Shown piece after piece: positions 7,693 through 15,202 of a stretch of 38,968 nt of DNA (the first letter of the stretch is position 1; each line of letters begins with the position of its first letter). Position numbers and translations under genes: made by a program. The DNA lies in the NCBI GenBank assembly GCA_964411535.1, contig CAYPLG010000005.1, forward strand, positions 1 through 38,968, in the 5' to 3' direction. The notes beneath the pieces were generated by a model. That model saw nothing but the letters and a program-made list of their open reading frames with translations. It did not search any database and was not told where the DNA came from. The DNA is from an uncultured Oscillospiraceae bacterium. GTDB taxonomy: Bacteria > Bacillota > Clostridia > Christensenellales > CAG-138.

Positions 7693-8763
7693 TCAAAGTA
7701 TCAGCAAATCCTTTGCTGTCGATACCAAATTCAGGCAACCGTCCTCCGTGATGACGACGCAATCCTCAATGCGTACGCCGCCTTTGCCTTCAAGATAAAT
7801 ACCGGGTTCGATGGTCAGCGTCATGCCGGGTTCGAGTATGATATCACAGTTCTTCGCAGCGCGCGGCGGCTCATGGATTTCCAGCCCGAAACCGTGCCCC
7901 AGGCCGTGCCCGAAGCAATCGCCATAGCCCTGCTGTGTAATGTAGTCGCGTGCAAGCGCGTCAACCGCTTTCCCGGTCATCCCCGCGCGCACGCCCGCAA
8001 GCGCTTTTAATTGCGCCGTAAGCGTAATATCATAAATCTTCCGAAGTTCCGGCGCTACGTCGCCAAAGCCGACGGTACGCGTCATGTCGGACCGGTAGCC
8101 GTGAAACGTGCAGCCAAAGTCGAACACGACAAGATCGCCGCTGCATATCGCGCGGTCGCCGGGAATGGCATGACACATCGCACCGTTCGGGCCGGAGCCG
8201 ACGATGGGATCAAACGCAGGTTCCTCGCTTCCCAGCTTCGTACAAAGATAGTTAAGCTCCGCCATAACGGCGCGTTCCGTCATGCCGATAGAAAGCTTCG
8301 GCAGCAGCGCCGCAAAGGCTGCATCCGCAATCGTCTGCGCCTTTTGCAGGTTTTTGATCTCCTCCGCCGATTTGATGCGTCGCAGCAAAGACATCTCGTC
8401 TCCAAACGCTTTCCATGCGGCAGGGAAACCCGCAAATGTCTCATAACGCTGCACCGACAGGGCGTCCTGCTCATATCCGCAGCACCGAATGCGGTCCTGT
8501 ACGAAAATTTCCTTCAGCTTCGCAAGCTGATCGCTTGCCGTATTGGCCTCGATCAGGGTCGCCGCATCGCCGCATTGGCTTTTTGCCTGTATTGCATAGC
8601 GAAAATCGGTAACGAGATAACAGCCGGCGCCCGTCAGGAGCACAGCGCACTCATCGCTCGTAAAGCCCGTATAATACCGGATATTGACCTTGCTCGTAAT
8701 CAAGGCGGCGTCAAGCCCGGCCTGTTGCATTTTTGAAAGGAGTTTTTCCTGTCTGCTATTCAT
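7693..8763 (-). CDS. M24-family Xaa-Pro aminopeptidase
   Basis: 356 aa. It has a creatinase-like N-domain and a pita-bread metal site (DFGCTFHGYRSDMTR, HGLGHGFGLEIHE, IEPGIY, IED). This is the conserved position upstream of efp. Confidence 0.9.
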   Translation of the reverse strand: MNSRQEKLLSKMQQAGLDAALITSKVNIRYYTGFTSDECAVLLTGAGCYLVTDFRYAIQAKSQCGDAATLIEANTASDQLAKLKEIFVQDRIRCCGYEQDALSVQRYETFAGFPAAWKAFGDEMSLLRRIKSAEEIKNLQKAQTIADAAFAALLPKLSIGMTERAVMAELNYLCTKLGSEEPAFDPIVGSGPNGAMCHAIPGDRAICSGDLVVFDFGCTFHGYRSDMTRTVGFGDVAPELRKIYDITLTAQLKALAGVRAGMTGKAVDALARDYITQQGYGDCFGHGLGHGFGLEIHEPPRAAKNCDIILEPGMTLTIEPGIYLEGKGGVRIEDCVVITEDGCLNLVSTAKDLLIL

Positions 8764-8802
8764 ACTGTTTTATCCTACCATATTTCCCATACTGCGCACA
8801 AG

Positions 8803-10287
8803 CTATTTGTGATAAAGGTTCTTTGTTTCATATTCGGGCTCGCACGTAAAGTTTATGCCCAGCTTGCGGTATGTATCCGAGTCCACACGCGACAGAATCA
8901 CGCTTGAATGCGCCTCGCACCCCCGCAGGCGCGGCAGCTGCCGCAGTGCAAGCGCAGCAGTCGGGTTGGTCGCCGCACAGATAGATAGCGCAATCAGCAC
9001 TTCATCGCTGTGCAAACGATGGTTTGCGCTCCCCAAGTGATTATGCTTAAGCTCCGTGATCGGTTGCACGATAATCGGCGAAATCAGGTCAATTTCGTGA
9101 TTGATGCCAGCAAGCACCTTGAGCGCATTCAATAGCGCTCCAGCCGACGCGCCAAGCAATTCGGATGTTTTTCCGGTTAGCATGCGCCCGTCCTCCAGCT
9201 CGATGGCTACCGCAGGGTTGCCCGTTGACGCTGCACGGTCAAGCGCCGCCTGGATCACCGGCCTGTCTGCGGCGGAGACGCCTGCCTTGTTCTCGATCAT
9301 CTCTGCCTTAATAACCTGCGCCTGCGTCTGAATGCCGCGCTTTGCGCCGCAAAGCGTTTGATAATACCGGCGGATAATCTCCTGCTTGGCCGCACTGCGC
9401 ACAATCTCGTCGTCCGAAATGCAGTACCCCGCCATGTTGACGCCCATATCCGTAGGAGAACGATACGGCGAGCCGCCCAAAATCCGCTCAAACATCGTGT
9501 TGAGTACCGGATAGGATTCTACGTCGCGGTTATAGTTGACGGTAGTCTTTCCGTATGCTTCCAGATGGAACGGATCGATCATATTCACATCGTCCAGATC
9601 GGTCGTCGCCGCCTCATAGGCAAGATTGACCGGATGCTGCAACGGCAGATTCCAAATAGGAAACGTTTCGAACTTGGCATACCCCGCGCGCACGCCGTGC
9701 TGGAACTCATGGTACAGCTGCGAAAGGCAAACCGCAAGCTTTCCGCTGCCAGGTCCGGGCGCGGTAACCACAACCAGCTTCCGCTGCGTTTCGATATAGT
9801 CATTTTTGCCAAAACCTTCGCGGCTTACAATCAGGGGCACGTTTGACGGATAGCCAGGGATCGGATAATGCCGGTATACGCGAATCCCCTGCTGCAACAG
9901 ACGTTTTGCGAACGCATCGGCCGCAGCCTGTTCCTGATAGCGCGTAATCACCACGCTGCCAACATACAAGCCCTTGCTACGGAACGCATCGATCAGCCGC
10001 AGCACCTCCGCGTCATAAGCAATGTCCAGATCGCTGCGGAGCTTGCTTCGCTCAATGTCCCCCGCATAGATGGCAATGATGATCTCGGCGTCGTCCTTAA
10101 GGCGGCAGAGCATGTTCACCTTGGAATCCGGCAGGAAACCGGGCAACACGCGCGCCGCATGATAATCGTCGAACAGCTTGCCGCCGAATTCCAGATACAG
10201 CTTGTTGCCAAACTGCGCAATGCGGTCAAGAATGTTGGCCGATTGTAACTCTACATACTTATCATTATCAAATCCGATCTTACTCAT
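8803..10287 (-). CDS. DUF1846 / UPF0371 family protein
   Basis: 494 aa. The N-terminus MSKIGFDNDKYVELQSANILDRI and the length match my recollection of the UPF0371 family. Not verified by search. Confidence 0.7.
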   Translation of the reverse strand: MSKIGFDNDKYVELQSANILDRIAQFGNKLYLEFGGKLFDDYHAARVLPGFLPDSKVNMLCRLKDDAEIIIAIYAGDIERSKLRSDLDIAYDAEVLRLIDAFRSKGLYVGSVVITRYQEQAAADAFAKRLLQQGIRVYRHYPIPGYPSNVPLIVSREGFGKNDYIETQRKLVVVTAPGPGSGKLAVCLSQLYHEFQHGVRAGYAKFETFPIWNLPLQHPVNLAYEAATTDLDDVNMIDPFHLEAYGKTTVNYNRDVESYPVLNTMFERILGGSPYRSPTDMGVNMAGYCISDDEIVRSAAKQEIIRRYYQTLCGAKRGIQTQAQVIKAEMIENKAGVSAADRPVIQAALDRAASTGNPAVAIELEDGRMLTGKTSELLGASAGALLNALKVLAGINHEIDLISPIIVQPITELKHNHLGSANHRLHSDEVLIALSICAATNPTAALALRQLPRLRGCEAHSSVILSRVDSDTYRKLGINFTCEPEYETKNLYHK

Positions 10288-10294
10288 GGTGTCG

Positions 10295-10324
10295 ATTATA
10301 ACACCGTCGACAGGCGTATCGCAA
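10295..10324 (-). promoter_or_regulatory. Extended -10 promoter candidate placed for a leaderless DUF1846 transcript
   Basis: Minus strand: TTGCGA (10324..10319), 18-nt spacer, TGT-TATAAT (-10 at 10300..10295). Only 7 nt (cgacacc, no SD) separate the -10 from the ATG at 10287. Confidence 0.45.
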
Positions 10325-10472
10325 GCGTATATATCAAGTGTGTTTGGTTTATGCCGCAGCGCGAATTATGCATGCCTTGCGCAGCTGCATTTGTGACCTG
10401 GTAACGTGTCGTTTCGTATCCTGCAAGCAATGCTGCAGGCAGCACAGCCTGCGCGCCATGCGCCGGCGCTGC

Positions 10473-11195
10473 TCACGTTTCCCGCACGGTAAGCGCCTCC
10501 ATGAGTTTCTCCAACGCCTTTTTCTCTATCCGCGAAACATAGGATCGCGATATACCCAGATACGACGCGATTTGCTGCTGCGTAAAGCAGTTGCCGCCGC
10601 GGAGGCCGTATCGCATTCGGATAACGACGCGTTCCCGCGGAACCAAAACACGCGCTATGGCTTCCTGCAAACGGGTTGCGTCCAGCAATGAGAACACAAC
10701 ATCCGTTACCATATCCGCATCCGTGCCCAGAATGTCGCTTAGCGTCACATCGTTTCCGTCGCTGTCCGTACCGATTGGATCAGTCAGGGAAACGCCGGCA
10801 ATCTGCTTCTTTTCCGCGCGGATACTCATAAGAATTTCGTTTTCCACACACCGTCCGGCATAGCTGGAAAGCGACGTGCCCTTATCGGGGTCGAACGTTG
10901 TTACCGCCTTGATCAGCCCGACCGTTCCGATGCTGACAATGTCGTCGCAATCGCGTCCGGCGCGCACATACTTTCGCGCAATATGCGCAACAAGCCGCAG
11001 GTTATGCGTAATCAGCTTTTGCCGCGCCTGCTCGTCTCCCTCGCGCATAAGCCGCACATACTTTTGCTCTTCCTCACCGGACAGCGGCGGTGGAAAACTG
11101 TTCGTATGGCTGACATATCCCGCGCAAAACAGTATTTCCGAAAGCATTTTGATGATTTCCAGCATCCGCAATACCCCCGTTTCGACAAATTGCAT
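10473..11195 (-). CDS. sigK: RNA polymerase sporulation sigma factor SigK (pro-sigma-K, uninterrupted)
   Basis: YVSHTNSFPPPLSGEEEQKYVRLMREGDEQARQKLITHNLRLVAHIARKY closely parallels B. subtilis pro-SigK (YVKNNAFPQPLSSSEEKKY...EHNLRLVAHIVKKF). Region 4.2: GISRSYVSRIEKKAL. The true start may be the ATG at 11165 (MLEIIKML), which has a GGGGG SD. Confidence 0.9.
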   Translation of the reverse strand: MQFVETGVLRMLEIIKMLSEILFCAGYVSHTNSFPPPLSGEEEQKYVRLMREGDEQARQKLITHNLRLVAHIARKYVRAGRDCDDIVSIGTVGLIKAVTTFDPDKGTSLSSYAGRCVENEILMSIRAEKKQIAGVSLTDPIGTDSDGNDVTLSDILGTDADMVTDVVFSLLDATRLQEAIARVLVPRERVVIRMRYGLRGGNCFTQQQIASYLGISRSYVSRIEKKALEKLMEALTVRET

Positions 11196-11204
11196 GTTCG
11201 AAAT

Positions 11205-11232
11205 ACCATATGTCGCGCCGCGGATGTCCTAT
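11205..11232 (-). promoter_or_regulatory. Mother-cell (SigE/SigK-type) promoter candidate for sigK
   Basis: Minus strand: gcATAgg (ATA at 11232..11230), 17-nt spacer, CATATGGT (11212..11205). This fits ATA-N16-18-CATAcanT (SigE) and CATAnnnTA (SigK). Confidence 0.35.
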
Positions 11233-11249
11233 GCGTTCGTTCTCCGTAT

Positions 11250-11278
11250 AAAAAGGCCCGCGCCGGTTTGCGCGAGCC
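11250..11278 (-). terminator. Rho-independent terminator after the low-GC membrane-protein gene
   Basis: Minus strand: GGCTCGCGC-aaaccg-GCGCGGGCC (9 bp, one G-U) followed by TTTTTATA. Confidence 0.8.
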
Positions 11279-11289
11279 AGAGTGCAGAC

Positions 11290-11301
11290 ATTGTAAACAA
11301 A
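11290..11301. repeat. Left copy of the 12-nt direct repeat ATTGTAAACAAA
   Basis: Exact match to 13480..13491. It is followed after 5 nt by CTACCG (the right copy has CTACCG after 9 nt). It lies between the cassette gene stop (11314) and the GC-rich terminator. Confidence 0.7.
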
Positions 11302-11313
11302 ACAACCTACCGC

Positions 11314-12828
11314 TTATTGTTGCTGTGCAACGGGAATGATCTCCATCTTGTCCTCAAACAGGTGAATCACGTACTCTCGCCCGTCGATGCGCGCTTTCTC
11401 CACCACCTCTTGCAGCGACATTTTGGGTTCGCTTGGGAATATGTCGCCGTCGCAAACGCCAAGAACGTATGGAGAAGCCAGCAAGCCGTTTCTGTAATAA
11501 TACTGCCCGTTTTCCAGATACAAAACATTTTCCAGCATAACGCCTGTATAACTCGGATATAAGAACAAAATTATGCGCGTCGAATACGTTTCAAATGCTT
11601 CCGCGCTTTCATCGAGAAAAATACAGTAAGCTTTCGGATTTGCTCTTGTCTCCTCCGCAATTCGATCCAGATTGCGAATGATGGATGCCTCCCCGTATTT
11701 GGTGTGATCAAAATACAAAGACGCTACCCTTTGAAACGCCGGCACAATCTCTCCGGCTTTCAGCATTTGCACAACGCCGGGCTTGAAGGTTTCATCATAG
11801 TCGTCGCTGTTGCACGCCCTTTGCTTTACAAGCTTGAGAAATCCGGAAAACGGCGTGTTGCTAATTATCGCAATAACCAAAATAATAACTGCCACTTTGG
11901 CAAATACTCTATGCAAAAGATACTCGCTTTGCACACATTTTTTATACACCCTATTGGGATACTGATTCCCAAGCAACAGCAGCAGTGCAAGCAGTCTTTG
12001 CGGATACGAAAAATAAACCGCACTACCTCCATAAATATTAAACAGCATCGCCGGAATACATCCGACGATTGCTATCGCAACAAGTATTTCCGCAAACACA
12101 TAATCCGTGCATAAAACAGCTTCCCGAATGCTATGCACCTTTCTAAAGCTTAGATATGCAGCAACAATGCTAAACGCAAGCAATGCAATTATGCTCAGCG
12201 CATAAGGAAGCGTTGGCGCGTATACTTTCCAAAAAGAAAGCCACTGAATTTCACCGACCGTCAGCGCCGTAGTCTCAGTACCAAGTGAGGAAATGTAAAG
12301 ATAGTACGCAGCGGCTATCATCAAATATAACAGATTCAACAACCAGTAACGCCAGTTTCTCGTTTGCGTGCGGAAAAAGAAATACATGATTCCGCCGCAC
12401 ATGAGTACGCCCACGGAAATCTTCGAAAGGAACGCTGCAACGATGAAGGCGGGCGTTACCCCAAGAATCCAGCACAGATACGCCCATCGTTTTCGGAACA
12501 GATTATTTCGATAACACACCGTCGTCAGCGCAATGTATGTAAGCACTACAATACACGCCACAACAAAAGACTCGCTAACAATCCAGCTGGTTCTCCAAAT
12601 CCCCATACTGCTTTGTGCATTAAGCGGCAGCACCCCCACAAAAAATATACCGATTATCAATGCATCCAGCAAAGAAAAAGGCTCTGCATCCTTTGTCCAT
12701 ATAGCTCGCAACGACATCACATCAAAAAGAATCAAAAAAAGTACAAGGGAATCGCAAGCATAGGAAATACATAGTAATACGCAAACGGCACAGGTATGCC
12801 AATCAAAGCCGCAATGATTCCAATCCAT
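11314..12828 (-). CDS. Polytopic membrane protein with a C-terminal soluble domain of about 150 aa; probably the downstream part of a frameshifted gene of about 683 codons
   Basis: 504-aa ORF with many hydrophobic helices and low GC. Its first 31 codons overlap the upstream ORF in another frame. The function is not recognisable; a GT-C/polymerase-like architecture is only a guess. Confidence 0.7.
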   Translation of the reverse strand: MDWNHCGFDWHTCAVCVLLCISYACDSLVLFLILFDVMSLRAIWTKDAEPFSLLDALIIGIFFVGVLPLNAQSSMGIWRTSWIVSESFVVACIVVLTYIALTTVCYRNNLFRKRWAYLCWILGVTPAFIVAAFLSKISVGVLMCGGIMYFFFRTQTRNWRYWLLNLLYLMIAAAYYLYISSLGTETTALTVGEIQWLSFWKVYAPTLPYALSIIALLAFSIVAAYLSFRKVHSIREAVLCTDYVFAEILVAIAIVGCIPAMLFNIYGGSAVYFSYPQRLLALLLLLGNQYPNRVYKKCVQSEYLLHRVFAKVAVIILVIAIISNTPFSGFLKLVKQRACNSDDYDETFKPGVVQMLKAGEIVPAFQRVASLYFDHTKYGEASIIRNLDRIAEETRANPKAYCIFLDESAEAFETYSTRIILFLYPSYTGVMLENVLYLENGQYYYRNGLLASPYVLGVCDGDIFPSEPKMSLQEVVEKARIDGREYVIHLFEDKMEIIPVAQQQ

Positions 12829-13304
12829 GCATTACTGCCAAAATGATAGCCAAAGGAAGTAATGCCATTCACGAAAAAGGCGGGGCATGAAAATTGCTTA
12901 ACAGATTGCGCAATAGAAGACAAGTACAGCGTATCATAATGCACACTTCCTTCGGCTATACGCTTGTATATATCTAAGGATAAGTAATTGCTGCCCCATA
13001 CGGTATGCGACAGATAAATTGCCAGCGCAACAAATGTAAGACAAACTAATCCTATATGCTTAAGCGCCACATGTTTGTTTCCACACGCACAAATAAAAGC
13101 TATCGTCCAGCATGCCAATATTACTGCTGCTGCTACCGCTATCCTCGCATCATAGGGAGACCCATAATTAATTATATTAAGTAATACAAGTCCGGTAAAG
13201 AAAAATGCTACTATTAATCCGCCCAATACAGGAATAAACAGAAATCCCGTTTTCTCTGTCTTGCAGATTCCATGGTCTTCAGTATGCAAAAGCAATTGTT
13301 TCAT
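12732..13304 (-). CDS. Polytopic membrane protein, N-terminal part of the split gene
   Basis: The track ORF is 12732..13364. The ATG at 13304 (MKQLLLHTEDHG) is preceded by GAGGTGGA. It has several TM helices, low GC, and ends YFF-stop inside the T7 run. Confidence 0.65.
   Translation of the reverse strand: MKQLLLHTEDHGICKTEKTGFLFIPVLGGLIVAFFFTGLVLLNIINYGSPYDARIAVAAAVILACWTIAFICACGNKHVALKHIGLVCLTFVALAIYLSHTVWGSNYLSLDIYKRIAEGSVHYDTLYLSSIAQSVKQFSCPAFFVNGITSFGYHFGSNAWIGIIAALIGIPVPFAYYYVFPMLAIPLYFF
12734..12740. repeat. A7 (T7 on the coding strand) homopolymer at the ORF junction
   Basis: Coding strand: TAC TTT TTT TGA. One extra T would read TAC TTT TTT TTG ATT CTT..., joining the 210-aa and 504-aa ORFs. 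Confidence 0.9.
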
Positions 13305-13474
13305 CTGTAAAATCCACCTCTTTGCACAGCCGCTTGGCCTGCTGGTAGCCATCCGCTTCATCATTCCTCATAAAGCACATTACAATCACAACCGTTAAAA
13401 ATGCAAGTATGCAACAGGATTCTATAGCATTCGTGTTCATGCTCTTCGCAAAAAGTCATTATTTTCCTTTACAT

Positions 13475-13503
13475 ATTATATTGTAAACAAATCATAATGT
13501 CTA
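13475..13503 (-). promoter_or_regulatory. Sigma-A-type promoter candidate for the low-GC cassette
   Basis: Minus strand: TAGACA (13503..13498), 17-nt spacer, TATAAT (13480..13475). The spacer contains the right copy of the 12-nt repeat. Confidence 0.5.
13480..13491. repeat. Right copy of the 12-nt direct repeat ATTGTAAACAAA
   Basis: Exact match to 11290..11301. Confidence 0.7.
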
Positions 13504-13591
13504 CCGAACGCGCTCGTGTTTTTCAAGCTTTATCTGCCATAAATTAAACAATCTGCTCTGCTTCTTGACGAATAGAATGCACAATACCGTA

Positions 13592-13620
13592 TACAAACAC
13601 CCCGTACATTTCGTACGGGC
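13592..13620 (-). terminator. Terminator candidate after mltG
   Basis: Minus strand: CCCGTAC-gaaat-GTACGGG followed by GTGTTTGTAT. The U-tract is interrupted. Confidence 0.5.
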
Positions 13621-13646
13621 CGCACAAAATCCTTCCACGCTGCAAA

Positions 13647-14810
13647 TCAATCCCAATACTGCGAATACTTCTTGACGTTCGCCTCGTGCTCCTCGTACGT
13701 TTTAGCAAATACGAGCGCATTGCTTTCATCCGGATTCCCATTGCAGAAATAGAGGTATCCGTCTTCCCCAAGGTACTCCTCGTTGGGATACAACGCCGCA
13801 ACGATGGCTGCGCGTCCGGGATTGCTAACCGGGCCGACAGGCAGCCCGTTATATTTGTACGTATTATACTGGGAATCCGTCTGAAGCTCCTCGTTGTTAA
13901 ACGAATACTTGTTTACACCAAGCACATACGACAGACTTGCGCAGGACTGCAACGGCATGTTGGATTGCAGCCGGTTATGAAATACAGCCGAGACCTTGGA
14001 AAAGTCCTCGTCGGCTGCGGCTTCGCGCTCAATAAGCGACGCGAGCACAATTACCTGATCAGTCGTCATATTCATCTGCGCGGCACGCGCGGCATATTCG
14101 TCGATATAGACCTCGTTAAAGCGATTGAGCATCTTGATGAGGATGGTATCCACGCTTGCATCCGCATATACCTCATACGTATCCGGGAAGAGATACCCTT
14201 CGAGCGCGTAGTCCCGCGCGGAAGCGCCGCCGGACGTCACCTCGCTGATAAAGGAGAAATTCGCAAACGCATCGCCCGTTACGCATTCTTCGGTAAATGC
14301 GCTTTCGCTTTTGATAAGCCCTTTGTTGAGCAGCACAGCAGCAATGTCCCGGATCGTGTATCCCTCCGGAATCGTAAACGTCGCCGTCGCCTTCGGCGGG
14401 TTTCCCTCGCAGATAATATCAACCATCTGCTTGACGGACATATTCTTGCTTAAAATGTACGTGCCCGCCTTCATGGTGTTCGCCTTGCCAACAAAATCGA
14501 CGTAAATTTTGAATACGGCGGTGTTCGATATAAGCCCTTCCTCCTCCGGCCCGCACGCGCCATAGAGGATTCGCGCAATACTGCTCGCCGAAGCGGAGGA
14601 CGGTACGGTAACCGCAATCGGCGTAGCATCGTTGCTGTCAACCGGTTGAAAATAGTTGCTAACCACATACCGCACCGCCGCGCGCGCAACAAAGAAAACG
14701 AGAAGCACGCTCAGTATCAGCTCGCAGGCAGGCCGAACCGCACGCCAGAAACGCATGCGCTTTTTCTTCTCGCTATTCATTTTTGACGGTTTTCTTTGAT
14801 CCATAGGCAT
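13647..14810 (-). CDS. mltG: Endolytic murein transglycosylase MltG (YceG family)
   Basis: 387 aa. N-terminal TM anchor, then EGYLFPDTYEV, ASLIEREA, VFHNRL and YNTYKYNGLPVGPVSNPG. Confidence 0.92.
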   Translation of the reverse strand: MPMDQRKPSKMNSEKKKRMRFWRAVRPACELILSVLLVFFVARAAVRYVVSNYFQPVDSNDATPIAVTVPSSASASSIARILYGACGPEEEGLISNTAVFKIYVDFVGKANTMKAGTYILSKNMSVKQMVDIICEGNPPKATATFTIPEGYTIRDIAAVLLNKGLIKSESAFTEECVTGDAFANFSFISEVTSGGASARDYALEGYLFPDTYEVYADASVDTILIKMLNRFNEVYIDEYAARAAQMNMTTDQVIVLASLIEREAAADEDFSKVSAVFHNRLQSNMPLQSCASLSYVLGVNKYSFNNEELQTDSQYNTYKYNGLPVGPVSNPGRAAIVAALYPNEEYLGEDGYLYFCNGNPDESNALVFAKTYEEHEANVKKYSQYWD

Positions 14811-14850
14811 CAGTATACCGTTCCGTTTTCCCTTGTCAAGTTATGCCCGA

Positions 14851-15192
14851 CTACGATTCCAGCTGCGACAAATCCATATCCACCGCTGCGGCCAGCGTTT
14901 TATATACGTCGGCCAGCATCCGGTTTAACCGAAATTCGGCAAGCAGAAATGCGCTGGCGCTGGAATCAAACTGCAACACCTCGCCGATTTTTTGCAGCTT
15001 TTGCATGATCTCGTCCTTGTTCCCGCCGGATACCGCCGCCGCCTGCGCCTGTATCTGCAAACGATGGTACTCGTCGATGAGCGCTTTCGTAGTATCGCTT
15101 GCAATCGCAGTTTCTTTCGCCTCTGCATATGCGCGGTATTCTTCGCTTACGCGCAGCTCGTCAGCAAGCTTTTTTGCCGTATCGTAAACCAT
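14851..15192 (-). CDS. YlbF/YmcA (Com_YlbF, UPF0342) family protein
   Basis: 113 aa, all-helical. AKKLADELRVSEEYRAYAEAKE...LIDEYHRLQ...FLLAEFRLNRMLADVYKTL is typical of the family. It starts 10 nt after the RNase J stop. Confidence 0.7.
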   Translation of the reverse strand: MVYDTAKKLADELRVSEEYRAYAEAKETAIASDTTKALIDEYHRLQIQAQAAAVSGGNKDEIMQKLQKIGEVLQFDSSASAFLLAEFRLNRMLADVYKTLAAAVDMDLSQLES

Positions 15193-15202
15193 GCGCGCCT
15201 CC

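Noticed and set aside
7795-7845. GGTTCGA-type motifs reminiscent of tRNA T-loops
   Set aside because: They lie inside the well-supported pepP coding frame, and no cloverleaf can be drawn around them. I found no tRNA elsewhere in the window.
10325-10472. Hairpins (CCTGCA-n8-TGCAGG, GCGCCGGCGC) and a 37-codon Cys/Arg-rich ORF in the sigK-DUF1846 gap; possible sRNA or terminator
   Set aside because: No U-tract follows the stems, the short ORF has no SD, and its composition looks random for GC-rich DNA. The evidence is insufficient to call anything.
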